Counted from the first letter of the stretch, positions 1-12,120 are shown. The stretch: DNA of 64,000 bases from Squalus acanthias (GCA_030390025.1 CM059433.1:23810001-23874000); one strand, 5' to 3'. Program-made: numbers and translations. Notes: generated by a model not told the origin, from the sequence alone.

Positions 1-23
1 TTCCCACACTAAAGTAAATTTAC
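1..23 (-). CDS. CILK1: Possible start of the last CILK1 coding exon (SKFTLVWE...), cut off by the window edge
   Basis: Acceptor-like gtttttgtatttag| at 24-37, with an open phase-1 continuation; too short to confirm by homology. Confidence 0.35.
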
Positions 24-149
24 CTAAATACAAAAACTGTAGTTCATTGGCAGTAGCAGAATTATCTCGATGAATATACAAATAAAAATAAAACTTTACA
101 TTAGTCAGAACTTAATGTTGCATTGCTATTTGCTTTAAAGGTAGCAAGT

Positions 150-470
150 AATAGAGCCATACATGTCACCAAGATCCTCGGTTCAATCCCTGATCGATGC
201 TGAGTCAGTTGATCTCAGTCAAAGTGGAGGCAGGTTCCCCTGGGTTAGGGAAGCAATGGAAAAAAGGGGAGCATCCCTGCTCCTACTCGCTATCCAGTGA
301 CTCCAGCTGAAAACGTGTGGACATCAGGCAAGGACCGGAGCAAGCTTGGCCTTGATGCCTTAGAGTCAAATAGCTTACTGACACTGTCTAGGCTGACACA
401 TGAAGAACAGTCACTTGGGGGAAGTATTGAAGCACCTGCGAGACCATATCCCCAAGAGGGGAGGGAAGAG
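150..470 (+). mobile_element. Old tRNA-SINE-like repeat, family uncertain. Related pieces at ~13500-13790, 26480-26620 and 31010-31230.
   Basis: B-box ggttcaatccc and a recurring tgctgagttagttgatctc block. Confidence 0.5.
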
Positions 471-563
471 AGAAAGTGCACAGAAAAAGTTGCGCAAAGA
501 ATATTCTAGGAAGATTAACTGAAAGGTGCATGTAGTGCAATTGAACAGGTCTTCTCTACTTAC

Positions 564-677
564 TAGAATCAGTTTTGACAACTGGTGCTAATTGCATTCT
601 TTGGCCAGCAGATCCAACTTCTTTCTTAAGAAATGACGCTGTGTATCCTCCAGAGGCATCAGTGCTGGTTGCATAAC
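564..677 (-). CDS. CILK1: CILK1 coding exon 12: YATSTDASGGYTASFLKKEVGSAGQRMQLAPVVKTDS
   Basis: 114 nt, phase 1-1, ttttttttcag|...|gtaagt; conserved SFLKKEVGSAGQRxxLAP motif. Confidence 0.9.
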
Positions 678-904
678 CTGAAAAAAAAGTCAAAGTATAT
701 GTGGTAGCTCCTCACGATAGAAAAAAAAATTACATTTTTACTTAAGCAAGAACGAAGAGCCTAATTTTTCACCATAATAGTTACAGGATTTTTTTCTTAA
801 CTTGTACTTTTCAGTGAATTTTGTGTGCATTAAAGTGAAGGACGTTGGTTTGGGATCAGTGTTGGAATCAAGGACCCGAGATAAAGTCTACTCCTCTTAA
901 TTCA

Positions 905-2460
905 TATAATAATAGAAACTTAAAGCACAGAAGGAAGCAATTTGTTCCGTGCTGGCTCCTTGAAAGAGCAGTCGTGCTTAGTACCACATCCCCGCAAATT
1001 CCTCACCCTTGGAGTACCTGTCCAACTCAAAATTATTTATGGAATCTGCTTCCACCGCCTTCTCAGGTAAAGCGTTCCAGATCCTGACAACTCAGTGAAA
1101 AACACAACTCCCCTCTCGATCTTTTGCCAATGATTTTGAATCTATGACCTCTGGTTATTGACCCACTCGCCAGAGGGAATAGTTTTTCTCTATCTACTCT
1201 ATCAAAACCTCTCATCATCTTGAAAATCTCTATTAGGTCACTTCTTAACCTTCTCTGTTCCAAAGAGAAGAGTCCTAACTTTTCTAAACTCTCATCATAA
1301 TTGAAGTCCCTCATCCCTGGTAACATCCTGGTAAACCTCCTCTGTACCCTTTCTAAGGCCTTTACATCTTTCCTAAAGTGTGGTGCCCAGAATTGTCCAC
1401 AATACTCCAGCTGAGGCCTAACCAGTGATTTATAAAGTTCTAGCATGATCTCTCTGCTTTTATGTTCTATGGCTCTATTTATAAACCCAAGTAACCCATA
1501 TTTTTTTTTAAACCACCTTATCAACTTGCCCTGCCACCTATAAGGATTTGTGCAAATGGATCCCAAGGTCGCTTTGCTCACCTACCCTTATCAAAATCAT
1601 GCCATTTATAGTATAGCGTCTTCCCATATTGGTCCTCTCAAAGTGCATCACTTTACATTTCTCTGGATTGAACTCCATCTGCCATACTCCTGCTCATTTC
1701 ACCATCCTGTCAGTCATCCTGAAGTCTACAACTATCCTCATCACTATCTACTACATTACATAAGAACATAAGAAATAGGAGCAGGAGTAGGCCAATTGGC
1801 CCCTCGAGCCTGCTCCGCCATTCAATAAGATCATGGCTGATCTGATCCTAACCGCCAATCTACTATCACAGAACCATCTCCTGAACCTAACAGAATAGGA
1901 CACACGAAATAGGAGCAGGATCAGGTACACGGCCCCTGGGCCCGCTACGCTACCCACAGGACCATGACGATCGAACCTAGATCATGTCCAAATTCCTGCC
2001 CGCTCCCCGTAACCCTTAATTCCCTTTACTTCTAGGAAACTGTCTATTTCTGTTTTAAATTTATGTAATGATGTAGCTAAGTTTTGTAATGATGTCAAGT
2101 TTTGTATCATCTGCAAGCTTTATAATGCTGCTCCCTACACCAGTCTAGGTCGTTCATAAAAATGTTTTTAAAAAGAGTAATGGACCCAAAACTGACCCTT
2201 GGGAAACACCACTGCAAACCACCTCCCAGTCTGAAAAACATCCATCAACCACTACCCTCTTTTTCCCTGTCACTGAGTCAATTCTGCATACATAACATCA
2301 CAGGTCCCTGTAATTCCATGGGCTTCCACCTTCTAAACAAGCCTCCTGTGTGGCACTTTGTCAAATGCCTTCCAAAAGTCTATATACATCTACTGCACTA
2401 CCTTGGTCAACCGTCTCACCTCACAGAATTCAATCAAGTTAGTCAGAAATGATTTGTCAT
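905..2460 (-). mobile_element. CR1 LINE fragment with a second CR1 3' end nested at ~1757-2080
   Basis: ORF 1063-1581 (LYKSLVRPQLEYC..FWAPH..LERVQRRFTRM) is the CR1 ORF2 C-terminus; acataagaacataag tail at 1757. Confidence 0.9.
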
Positions 2461-2611
2461 GAAATGCAATTTTTCTTTTAAGCACTGAATGCCCATGTTG
2501 CTGTGTTAATTAAGTTACTTCATTTAAATTATCAGAACAATTTATTTTACGGCAAAAAACAATTTTGAATCATCAGGTGTAGACATCACCACCAGACTAA
2601 AGCTTTGTCTC

Positions 2612-2836
2612 GATAGCAAAATACTGCGGATGCTGGAAATCCGAAACAACAAAACGCTGGAAAAACTCAGCAGGCCAGGCAGCATCCGTGGAGAGAGAAA
2701 CAGAGTCAACGTTTCAGGTCGAAGACCTTTCGTCAGAACTGACGAAAGGTCTTCGACCTGAAACGTTAACTCGGTTTCTCTCTCCACGGATGCTGCCTGG
2801 CCTGCTGAGTTTTTCCAGCATTTTGTGTTGTTATTT
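2612..2836. mobile_element. Palindromic Penelope-like terminal-repeat insertion with a 14-bp TSD
   Basis: Inverted arms centred near 2738; TSD taaagctttgtctc at 2598-2611 and 2837-2850; same sequence as the tail of the GIY-YIG-bearing copy at 24 kb. Confidence 0.85.
2704..2740 (-). ncRNA. Minimal type I hammerhead ribozyme motif (Penelope type)
   Basis: AGUU-CUGACGA-A-AGGUC-UUC-GACCU-GAAAC-GU-U-GACU: both core boxes, stem I, stem II and a palindromic ACGU stem III. Confidence 0.65.
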
Positions 2837-3384
2837 TAAAGCTTTGTCTCCTCTGGCTCAACCTCAGAAGAGCACCCTTACAGTATCAATCATAATTTTC
2901 ATATTTACCAAAACCAGTTATCGTTATGACAGATTGAGACAGCCAATTATGGGTGATTTAGTGGTATGGGGTCCCATTACTGGGAACTTCTCTCACTCAG
3001 TCCACATAGGGCACTTACAACGGACATCCCAACATTCTGAATTTGAACCAGGTCTCAGAGTCGCCAGGTCACGGGACATTGCAATTATCCACTTTGGTGC
3101 CTCTAGGATTCTAGATTTTAATTGACAAACATACTTCACTAAATTTTGTCTCATACGAACTGAGGAGTATGTGGCAGCTTTGAGGCCAATAGTACGATAT
3201 AGCTTCCTGAGAGAATGGGTAAGAGGCTACATTAAAATATTTACCACAGCAAATCCCAAGATCTGATGGATCCAATTTATTATACACTTTAAAAATACCT
3301 CAGCCCCTTGACATAGGTTATAAGATGTGGCAAAAGTACAGAGTCTCCTCGTAATGTTGATTAATGCAGAATGGGGGGGTTTAA

Positions 3385-4058
3385 AAGGTATTGGTTCGGG
3401 CCCACACGAACTTCAGTTCCTGGGCCTCTCCCTGCTGCCGGCGCGCAGTGTGTGCGTATCCCAGAGGTGCAGTTCGTTCGATGCGACCTCTGGGATCACA
3501 TGGGCCAGTTAGAGCCAATGGCAGCACACCATCTTTCATTCATAGTTTTGACAGAAGAACTGTCAAAACTATGAATACAACTTGCCCCCAAAAGAACAGC
3601 TAAACCTCAATTAAATTTTAAAAAAAAAATCACATTAATAAAATAACTAGTTAAATAAATTATCCACTTTAAACAAAAATTAAAATTTGAAAAAAATTTA
3701 AATTCTTTTTAAAAGTTATAAAAATAAACTTACCTTTCTTTAAAGTCTCTAAAAAAATAAACCTGTTGAAAAAAAATTAAAATACTTAATTAACTACTTA
3801 CCTTGTTAAAAGGGGGTCTTACGCCTGCTTTTTTCATGTGTAAAATATCCAATACTTACCCTCGCGTTCAAACCTGAAAAAAAAACTAAGTGTGCTGCGT
3901 GCGCACAGCCTGTAGTGCGCACGCGGTTCACTTCGGAACCGCCCCCTTCGCAATATCGGAAGTGCCGGTTTCCCGTGCATGCAGGAAACCGGCACTTCGG
4001 GACCGAATACGCGTGAGTACACTGCGTACTCTCCCGTTAACGGCCGAATTTCTGGGCC
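3385..4058. mobile_element. MITE of the same family as 51264-52026, opposite orientation, one end missing
   Basis: Extensive reverse-complement similarity to the 51.3-52 kb copy; ends gaatttctgggcc|att. Confidence 0.75.
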
Positions 4059-5047
4059 ATTGTATCAGTACAATACGGGTGTCTAATTACAAGCAAAAAT
4101 TTTGGCAGTAATTCTCAGCCTGTTCACATGAATTAGATTATTGAATCATATTAATGACCATGGTCCAGCATCAACAAGGCTCAAGACACCTGTAACTTTG
4201 TGAAGTGGAGATGGAAAATAGGTTGAAAACAGAGCTCAAAGTCAAGATGAGTGTTTTGAGAAGTAGTAGCTAGCTGTACTATATTAAAAACTGCAAGTGG
4301 TTTCATGATTCTAATGGTATTTCACCTATAGATACAATGTAAACATGTTACACGACCAACTGATTACAACGGGGGTCAAACCTATTGCTATGTGACAGCT
4401 GCCAAATGAACACAGGAATTGCAACTACAAGCTAGCCCTTCGTTCAGCATGATTTAACCACCCCTTCCCAACACACTGACCAAGTTTCCAGTCCTCAACC
4501 CCATTCTTCTATTGAGAAAGTATTAGGTCCTCCAATCTCACCATCCCACTGAGCAATTTTAGTGCCCTCAAGCTCTACCCCACTGAGCAAAATTTCACCC
4601 CCACTTCCCCGATGCATAAGAATTTGGCTCCTCTATACCCTTCACTCCCCCCATCTGGCTGCATTTCCCGTTCCAATGCAGCTACTGGCCGTCAATCCCA
4701 ATGGCTGCAGATACCCTCAAAGGCTACCCTACCTGGCTTTATTTTTCCTTTTACAGTAAACATCTTTGCCGGACTACATTCCCATCAGATACAATGCCCC
4801 CCTCCTCCACCAGCTGTCTTTCCCCTTCCATGATGGCCAGATGTTCAGTGCCTCAATCCCCCCACCCCAATAAAAGAACTTGCATTTATATAGTGCCTTT
4901 CACAATGTCCCAAAACACTTTATGAAATACTTTTAAAAAGTGTAGTCACTGTTGTAATGTAGGAAATGCAGCAGCCAGTTTGTGGACAGCACGGTCCCAC
5001 AAACAGCAATAAGCTAATAACATTATTAACCCAACAACCAGATAACC

Positions 5048-5050
<3 letters not shown>

Positions 5051-5080
<30 letters not shown>
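5051..5080. repeat. (GA)n microsatellite within a SINE
   Basis: About 15 perfect units. Confidence 0.95.
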
Positions 5081-5082
<2 letters not shown>

Positions 5083-5249
5083 TTGGTTGAGGGATAAATG
5101 TTGGCCACTACACCAGGGAGAACTCCCCTGCTCATCTTCCAAACTTGGGTGAAAAAGAAAAACTGCAAAGTTTTTCACAATGTTTAAGTAAATATACACA
5201 TGTACATGATCTGAATTTCCCTTCCTTGGCACGGTCTTCTCCCTTACCC

Positions 5250-8200
5250 CAGTGTTATCCAATAGAAAACTAGCCATAGGTATGGCTATGGTGCACTAAT
5301 TTTAATCAGAAAACACCTTGGGGTACACCGACAATACAGGTAAATGTACTTCACACATGTATATTTATTTAATAAACATCCAACACCATTCAGTGAAAGG
5401 CTTGGTTGTCTTTATCAGAGTTTGGAATTCTGGCATGTGTTGCAGACTCAGTACATCTTACTACAGCTTCTAGGTTTTTGTCTAGCAGTTACAAATAGTA
5501 CTTTCACTTCATCAGAGTGATTGTTGAGAATGTTGACTTGTACAACATGTTAAGCCAAACATGGCAACAGCAATTCTTCACACTTCATGGAGATTTTGCC
5601 ACATTTTCAGCATAGCGATGGTCTCAGCCATGTATGCAGTTTGCAGCATCAGTAGGTCCACCTCGAGTCTACGTTTGTCTAGAGAAAACAGTTCCACTAG
5701 GTTTTGAGAGTTCCCAATGTCAAAGCAGAATGGATCTTTCATAAACTAATAGGCCAAACTGATGGTGTTAAAAATCAGCAAATCACTGCTCAAATTTTCC
5801 CAGCAAATTTCAAAGCCAAGCAGCATAGCGATCTTTCTAAAACTCGTGCTCAGTTGCATATCGCTGCAAATTTAGGAACTGCGCAAAGTGCTGCTCTTCG
5901 ATTTGCTGAAATTCTAACACATAGCACACAAGGTCACAAACCGTCTTTCTTTATCCTTGTATTTTCAGTTCAATTCATTCAGGATGAACTGGGGTGAGAG
6001 AACAAATCACACTTCCAAGCTTAATTTTCAATTGAGTGTTATCCAGTTTGGCTTTCTCGTCAAGACAATCTCCGAGCAATGTGACAAACCTTTCCAACAC
6101 TTAGCCAGCACACATTCACGAAGTACATGTTTCTAATAAGGGGCATCAGTCTCTTTTAGCAGCTCAACTGATCATTTTGCACATTTACATTTAAAAAAAA
6201 TTCATTCTCAGGATGTGGGCATCGCTGGCAAGGCTGGCATTTATTGCCCATCCCTCGTTGCCTTTGAGAAGGTGGTAGTGAGCATTCTTGAACTGCTGCA
6301 ATCCGTGTGGTGAAAGTGCACCCACAATGCTGTTAAGGGAGTTCCAGGATTTTGACTGAGCAATAATGGTGTTCCCATGCACCTGCTGCCCTTGTCCTTC
6401 TAGCTGGTGGAGGTCGTGGGTTTGGGAGGTGCTGAGGAAGCCTTGGCGAGTTGCTGCAGTGTGTTGGTGGATAGTACACACTGCAGCCACAGCATGCCGA
6501 TAGTGAAGGGAGTGAATGTTTAAACCAGTGGATTGGGTGCCGATGAAGCAGGTTGCTTAGTCATAGAAAGTATTGAGTATCTTGAGTGTTGTTGAAGCTG
6601 CACCCATTCAAGTAAGTGGGGAATATTTCAGCACACTCTTGACTTGTGCCTTGTAGGTGGTAGAGGGGCTTTGGCGAGTCAAGAGGCGAGCCAATCGCTG
6701 CAGAGTACCCAGCCTCTGACCTGCTGTAGTAGCCACGATATTTATGTGCCTGGGCCAGTTTAATTTCTGGTCAATGGTGACATCCGAGGACGTTGATGGT
6801 GGCAGACTCGGTGATGGTAATGCCATTGAATGTCAATGGAAGGTGGTTAGATTCTCTCTTGTTGGAGATGGTCATTGCCTGACGCTTGTGTGGTGTGAAT
6901 GTTATTTGCCACTTATGAGCCCAAGCCTGGATGTTATCCAGGCCTTGCTGCATGTGGGCATGGGTTGTTCATTGTCTGAGGATTGCGAGTGGAGCTGAAC
7001 ACTTCAATCATCAGTGAACAGCCCCAATTCTGACCTTGATGGAGAGGTGGTCATTGATGAAGCAGCTGAAGATAGTTGGGCCTAGGACACTGCCCTGAGG
7101 AACTCCTGCAGCAATGTCCTAGGGCTGAGATGATTGGTCTCTTAACAACCACCATCTTCCTTTGTACTTACTTGAATTGGACATTCCTCTGCATTAGATA
7201 AAATTGACAATATTTAAAGCAGTTTCCATTGCCTCTTTCAATGAATCACCTGCTGCCATCTGAGTGCAAAGGCTAACTTGGTGAATTATACAGTGAGAGG
7301 AGACCAGTAACTGCTGTGTTTCCAATCTCATTCAGACATTTTATTGAGCAGTGCAATGAAGCCAGAGTTTTGACCAATCATGGTAGATGCAACATCACCA
7401 GATTGTCCAGGTTCAGCTCAAGTCTTTCTGGTATCAAGTTTTGCTGCAGCCAAAATGTCAGATCCACATGCCACAGCTCTTCGATCAGTTCAAAGTTTTG
7501 CTGAGCAAATTGCGCCAATAGGCAGTGGCGCGAATGTTGCAGGATTCATCCAGTGCAAGTTAAAATGCAAGAGAATCTTTCAGCTCAGTTTTCAGTTGAG
7601 TTTTGATGCGACCAGACAGATCCTGTAAACTACGACAAACTGTCTGATGACTCAACTGCAAATCTCGAATTTTCTAGATAACAGTGTTTGATTTTCAGTT
7701 CATAGTTCTCCAGTAAAGTGTCCCGATCACCATAATCTCTTTCACCACCTCTCCATCAGAAAATGGTTTATTTTCTCGTGCGAGAATCCAAGTAGCTTTG
7801 CAAGTGGCCAAAGCTAAAAGTTCAGAAGACGAGAGAAATTTTTTCAGAACGGTTTTCGATTGAGAGTTGATTTCAGTAGAGAAATTTCATGCACTCTTTT
7901 ATGCAAAATGATTGGTAATTGCCTGTCAAATTCAAAATGCACATATTCAAAATGTTTCTTCAAATTAACCACCTCATTCTCAGCAAGCTTCTTAGTACAC
8001 AATATGCAAAGCGGCTTCTCGTCACTTTCCACAACAGCAAACTGAATTTTCCACTTATCGTGAAATTTTCATCCAATTTTTGCCCAATCTCGACCATTTT
8101 TTGACTGGAGGCTCCAATGGTGCATCAGTCAGCTCTCCAAAAGAACTATTCACAGAAACTGTTACTGCAAATGGCTAGATTTGTCACATCTATTCAATCC

Positions 8201-8714
8201 TCTATTTATTTTTTCTTTCAGAAGTTGTGGCAGACCCGCCCCTGCTCGCCATCCAGAAGGTGGTTAGATGCTGCTTGCCCTTTGCCATGATGCGCCCTGC
8301 TGGAGCTGCTCATTATCAGCTCGGCTTGCTCCGTTCTAATGACCTGGAGCAGTTATTTCGATCAGTTGAGCTGACCATGATGGAAGCTCCAATATCCACA
8401 CAATGTAGCTGGTGTTTCCATGGTGCTGAAGTGTATCGTTTTCACCTGTATTGCACACCATTTTAGCAGATAACCAATATGCAGCAACAAAGGAAGTAAA
8501 GCACGCGCAATGATAAAAAAAACACCTGCCACTCTGCTTTTCATCTTACCATTTTATCAACAAAGACACAAAAGGTAAAATATATTTGCACTTATCATGC
8601 TTATGAGTATTGAGATCACATATCCAACAATGGTATCTATTAGTCATTTTTATTTACTCATCAAAAATGCAATTCACCACAAGTGGCTAGCGGCTAACAT
8701 ATTGGATAACACTG
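5250..8714 (-). mobile_element. Full-length decayed hAT DNA transposon (Buster/Charlie/SPIN-like, GTF2IRD2-type transposase)
   Basis: Perfect 15-bp TIRs CAGTGTTATCCAATA (5250-5264 and 8700-8714); 8-bp TSD ccttaccc/ccctaccc with central TA. Degraded transposase motifs: KPLCILC..NLKKHF (BED finger), LALDESC, HCIIHQ, CWLSVGKV, LNELN, and a C-terminal dimerization remnant. Confidence 0.9.
6192..7165 (-). mobile_element. 5'-truncated CR1/L2-group LINE nested in the hAT element
   Basis: RT C-terminal remnants in ORFs 6771-6953 and 6608-6826; 3' tail shared with the copies at 21527 and 28860. Confidence 0.8.
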
Positions 8715-9640
8715 CCCTACCCCACCTATCCCTACCCCTCCTACTTCCTATTCTCCCACATTAGTTCAATTATCCCCCACCCTCTAACTATGCTTACCTG
8801 AAAATTCAAATTGGTCTTGACAACCAGTGTGTAATAACATGAGAAATTCACTATTTGGTTTAAAAAATACCTAATGCATCAGAATTGATGCCTTTTTGAT
8901 CCAAAATACAAAAAAATATAAAAAAGGACATAAGTTTTCCTGTACCTATGGCAATAGACATCCTCCCGAAAGAGAAGAAGAAATACAATCCCCCAAGGAT
9001 GTCGGTTCCTGTGATTCCCCATCACTGAGTTTCTGATCTTATCAGTGCCATCAGACAGATGCTGAGTGGAGGCAAATAACTGCTCCATGGAAAGGGAGGA
9101 CCCCTCATCCAGTTTCCAGTGATCAGCTCAAAAGTGGTATTGTTAGACAGTAGTAGGGTGCTAGATCACTGTCAGCCCTAGAATGGTTTATACCATAGAA
9201 GTACAATGTAGAATATGGTATCCTCATTCTTACCTTCGGATAGGGCCATTGCCCATGAAAGGGTTGGAAAAGACAAGACATAGATAGTTTGGTTTACTCA
9301 CAATGATAATTATTTGGGCATCTCAATGATTTATTAGCACCTTACCTAATTGTGATAATTGGCAACCATTTAAAACAGCTTATGCTTTCAAGTTTTTAAT
9401 CCTTGGAAGGGGGCGTTACTTGGTACAAGAAAATTTGAGAAAGGTGCTTACTTCAATTCTAGTTACTGGAAAGATTAAATGGTCTCACGAGAAGTAAATC
9501 CTAATTGAAAATAACTACAAAATATCATCACGAGTAAGACATGCATCACCTCACTTGACTTAAAACCAAAATGCACCCAATCAATTCTCCCGAGATGCGC
9601 AGCCGCGCACCAATCGTGAAGTCCCTCGCAGGCCACTCAC

Positions 9641-9646
9641 CAACTC
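9641..9646 (-). CDS. CILK1: Candidate 6-nt alternative microexon (GAGTTG, adds Gly-Val in frame)
   Basis: Context tctcttccatcggcag|GAGTTG|gtgagt, with a long upstream pyrimidine tract and clustered TGCATG motifs. Confidence 0.55.
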
Positions 9647-9945
9647 CTGCCGATGGAAGAGATACCACGTAGCAAATTTAAAGAGACCATGCACAAAAAG
9701 AACAATGAGAGCAAACACTGCTCCCAATGCTCATGCACCATGCAAGTGCAATAGCACAACCCAACACGATCAGGGCTCTTCAGAATTAATCTACAATACG
9801 CATGCCACTTTATAAAGCTCACTCATCAACTATAGTATAACTATACACAACTATTTTATGAATATACAAGAAAGACTCATTGAACACAAGAATTATTTTT
9901 ACTGAAAAGTATCATCCATAATAAAACATGAAGTAACTACAGTAC

Positions 9946-10083
9946 CTGCATTGGTACAGTTGATGGGAAGAGCTCCTCCAACTACTCCTAAAGGTTTACT
10001 GGAAAGGTTAGAATTGGCCCAGGGACTATGTGCACTGAAATCTTTGCCTGCATTGGCAAGTGGGGTGCTCTTGGCATTTATTC
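9946..10083 (-). CDS. CILK1: CILK1 coding exon 11: INAKSTPLANAGKDFSAHSPWANSNLSSKPLGVVGGALPINCTNA
   Basis: 138 nt, phase 1-1, cag|...|gtactg; GK(D/E)F and PW pattern as in the MAK/ICK tail. Confidence 0.82.
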
Positions 10084-10403
10084 CTGCAAGATCAAAAAGA
10101 CTTGGACTGTTACAATTGCACCATGCCCCCGCCCCCTCAAAAAAAGGGAATAACTTCCCTCTACATTTTGTGGTAGATTTTCTAGTCTTTTACAGTTTAC
10201 AATGGATGATACTTAAAATCAGACTCCAATTTTTAGCACATTCTAGTGAATTCTGTATTCCCAATTGGTTCCAACTTCCAGTACAAGTTAAATCTGTCTG
10301 ATTTTGCTGCAAGTTCAAAACTAACATTCCTTCTTATTCCCTCCAGTTATTTTTCCATTTTCACTATTTTAAATAAACTGAATAGATTTTTTTTGTTACA
10401 AAC

Positions 10404-10555
10404 CTGGCAGATACCTGGATTGTTTCAGGTAGTGATACTTGGCTGTAGAAGCTCTAGATGCAATTGTATCTGGTTGAGGCATTATATTGGCTGTAGGCAT
10501 ATTGCTGCTGTTTGATTTATTATTTGAAGGAGTGAAGTCTAAAAGGCTTCCCATT
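10404..10555 (-). CDS. CILK1: CILK1 coding exon 10: MGSLLDFTPS...STAKYHYLKQSRYLP(G)
   Basis: 152 nt following a 90-nt intron; conserved AKxHYLKxSRYLPG motif. Confidence 0.88.
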
Positions 10556-10645
10556 CTGTAACATAGGGGTACAACAAATAGTTTACAAGTTCAAAAAGGA
10601 AAATGCACAAAATGTCACATTTAACCAGAATAATGATCTGCTTAC

Positions 10646-10833
10646 TTAAACTGTGATTCTTGACTTTGCCTTTTTTTATCATTTAAATTAGCATTTTTAG
10701 TTGAAGAACTATATCCCAAATCTCCTGAATCATTCCAGTTGTTGAAATCTTTCAAAACAGCATGGCTCCATCGTCGAGCACCATCTTTTGGCTTGGTGCT
10801 GCTGCATATATTGTCCTCTGTCCTGATCGCTTT
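10646..10833 (-). CDS. CILK1: CILK1 coding exon 9: KAIRTEDNICSSTKPKDGARRWSHAVLKDFNNWNDSGDLG...KKRQSQESQF(K)
   Basis: 188 nt open, cag|...|gtaagc; RRW and KKRQS motifs resemble the ICK C-terminal tail. Confidence 0.82.
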
Positions 10834-10989
10834 CTGAGATCACAAACAAAAAGGTGCAACATTAACAAGTTGAGTACCAACAGTAATTAAATAATCAGGT
10901 GTTAAAACAAATGCTGGAAGTAAAATTGTAATATTGGAAGTCTTTCACTGGAATTCTTAACAGCTTGTAATTAGATAGAGCTGTTAACA

Positions 10990-12120
10990 TAGGAAAACAT
11001 CCCATGGCACTTCCAAGACCTAATCAGATAAAATAAAAGTGGGCGTCGAACCAGAGGAGGAGATATTAGGAGAGTTGACCAATAGCCTGGACAGAGGTGA
11101 GTTTTAAGAAGAGGCTTAGCGAGGGAATTCCAGAGCATGGATCCTATAAGGCTGAATGCACAGCTGCCATGGTGGGGTGAAGGGAGTGTGGGACGCACAA
11201 CAGGCAAGAGTTGGAGGAATGCAGAGCTCTGGGGGTGGGGTGAGGAGTTGTAGGACTGGAGGAGGTTACAGAAATAGGGAGGAGCGAAGACATGAAGGGA
11301 TGCACACACACGAGTATGAGAATTTTAAATTGGAGACAGAGATCAGGAGCCAATGTAAGTTCGCAAGGACAAGAGTTTACAAAGCGTGGAAGATTGGAGG
11401 CCGGCCAGGACATCATTGAATAGTTGAGTCTAGAGGTAACAAAGGAATGGATAAGAGCTTCATCAGAAAATGGACTAAGGAAGGGGCGGAGGCAGGCAAT
11501 GTTATGGATATAGAAGTAGGCAGTCTTTGTGATGGAGAGGATATAGGGGTCGGAAGATCAGAGTCGCAAAGGACTCCGAGGTTGTCAACAGTCTGGTTCA
11601 ATCTGACACACTGACCATAGAGGGGAATAGAATCAGTGGCAAATGTACAAAAATTGTGGTGCAGGTTGAAGACGATAGCTTCCCAAAGTTCAACTGAAGG
11701 AAATAGTGGCTCATCTAAGACTGGGTGCTGGACAAGCAGTCTAACAGCACAGAGGCAACAGAGGGGTCAAGAGAGGTGGTAGAGAGTCGGAGCTGGGTGT
11801 TGTCAGCATCATACACGTAGAAGCTGACCCAATGTCCAGATGATGTCACCAAGGGGCAGCAGGTAGATGAGGAGGAGGAAGTGGCCAAAGATAAATCCTT
11901 GGAGGACTGTGGAGGTAACAGAAAGAGAAGCCATTTCTGGAAATGCTCTGGCTATGATTGGACTGGAGAGAGTGGAACCAAACGAGAGCAGTCCCGAGCT
12001 GGATAAATGGAGGAAAGCCACCGGAGGAAGATGGTGTGGCTGACCATGTCAAAGAGAGGACAAGGAGGTAAAATGCATCCTCAGTTACAGAGGACATCAT
12101 TTGTGACTTTGAATAGGGCC
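10990..12120 (-). mobile_element. L2-type LINE 3' fragment
   Basis: Similar to the L2-like copies at 31310 and 47137; degenerate RT. Confidence 0.75.

Noticed and set aside
2542..3125. Two ORFs on opposite strands with near-identical N-termini (MERETE...)
   Set aside because: Artefact of the palindromic Penelope insertion.
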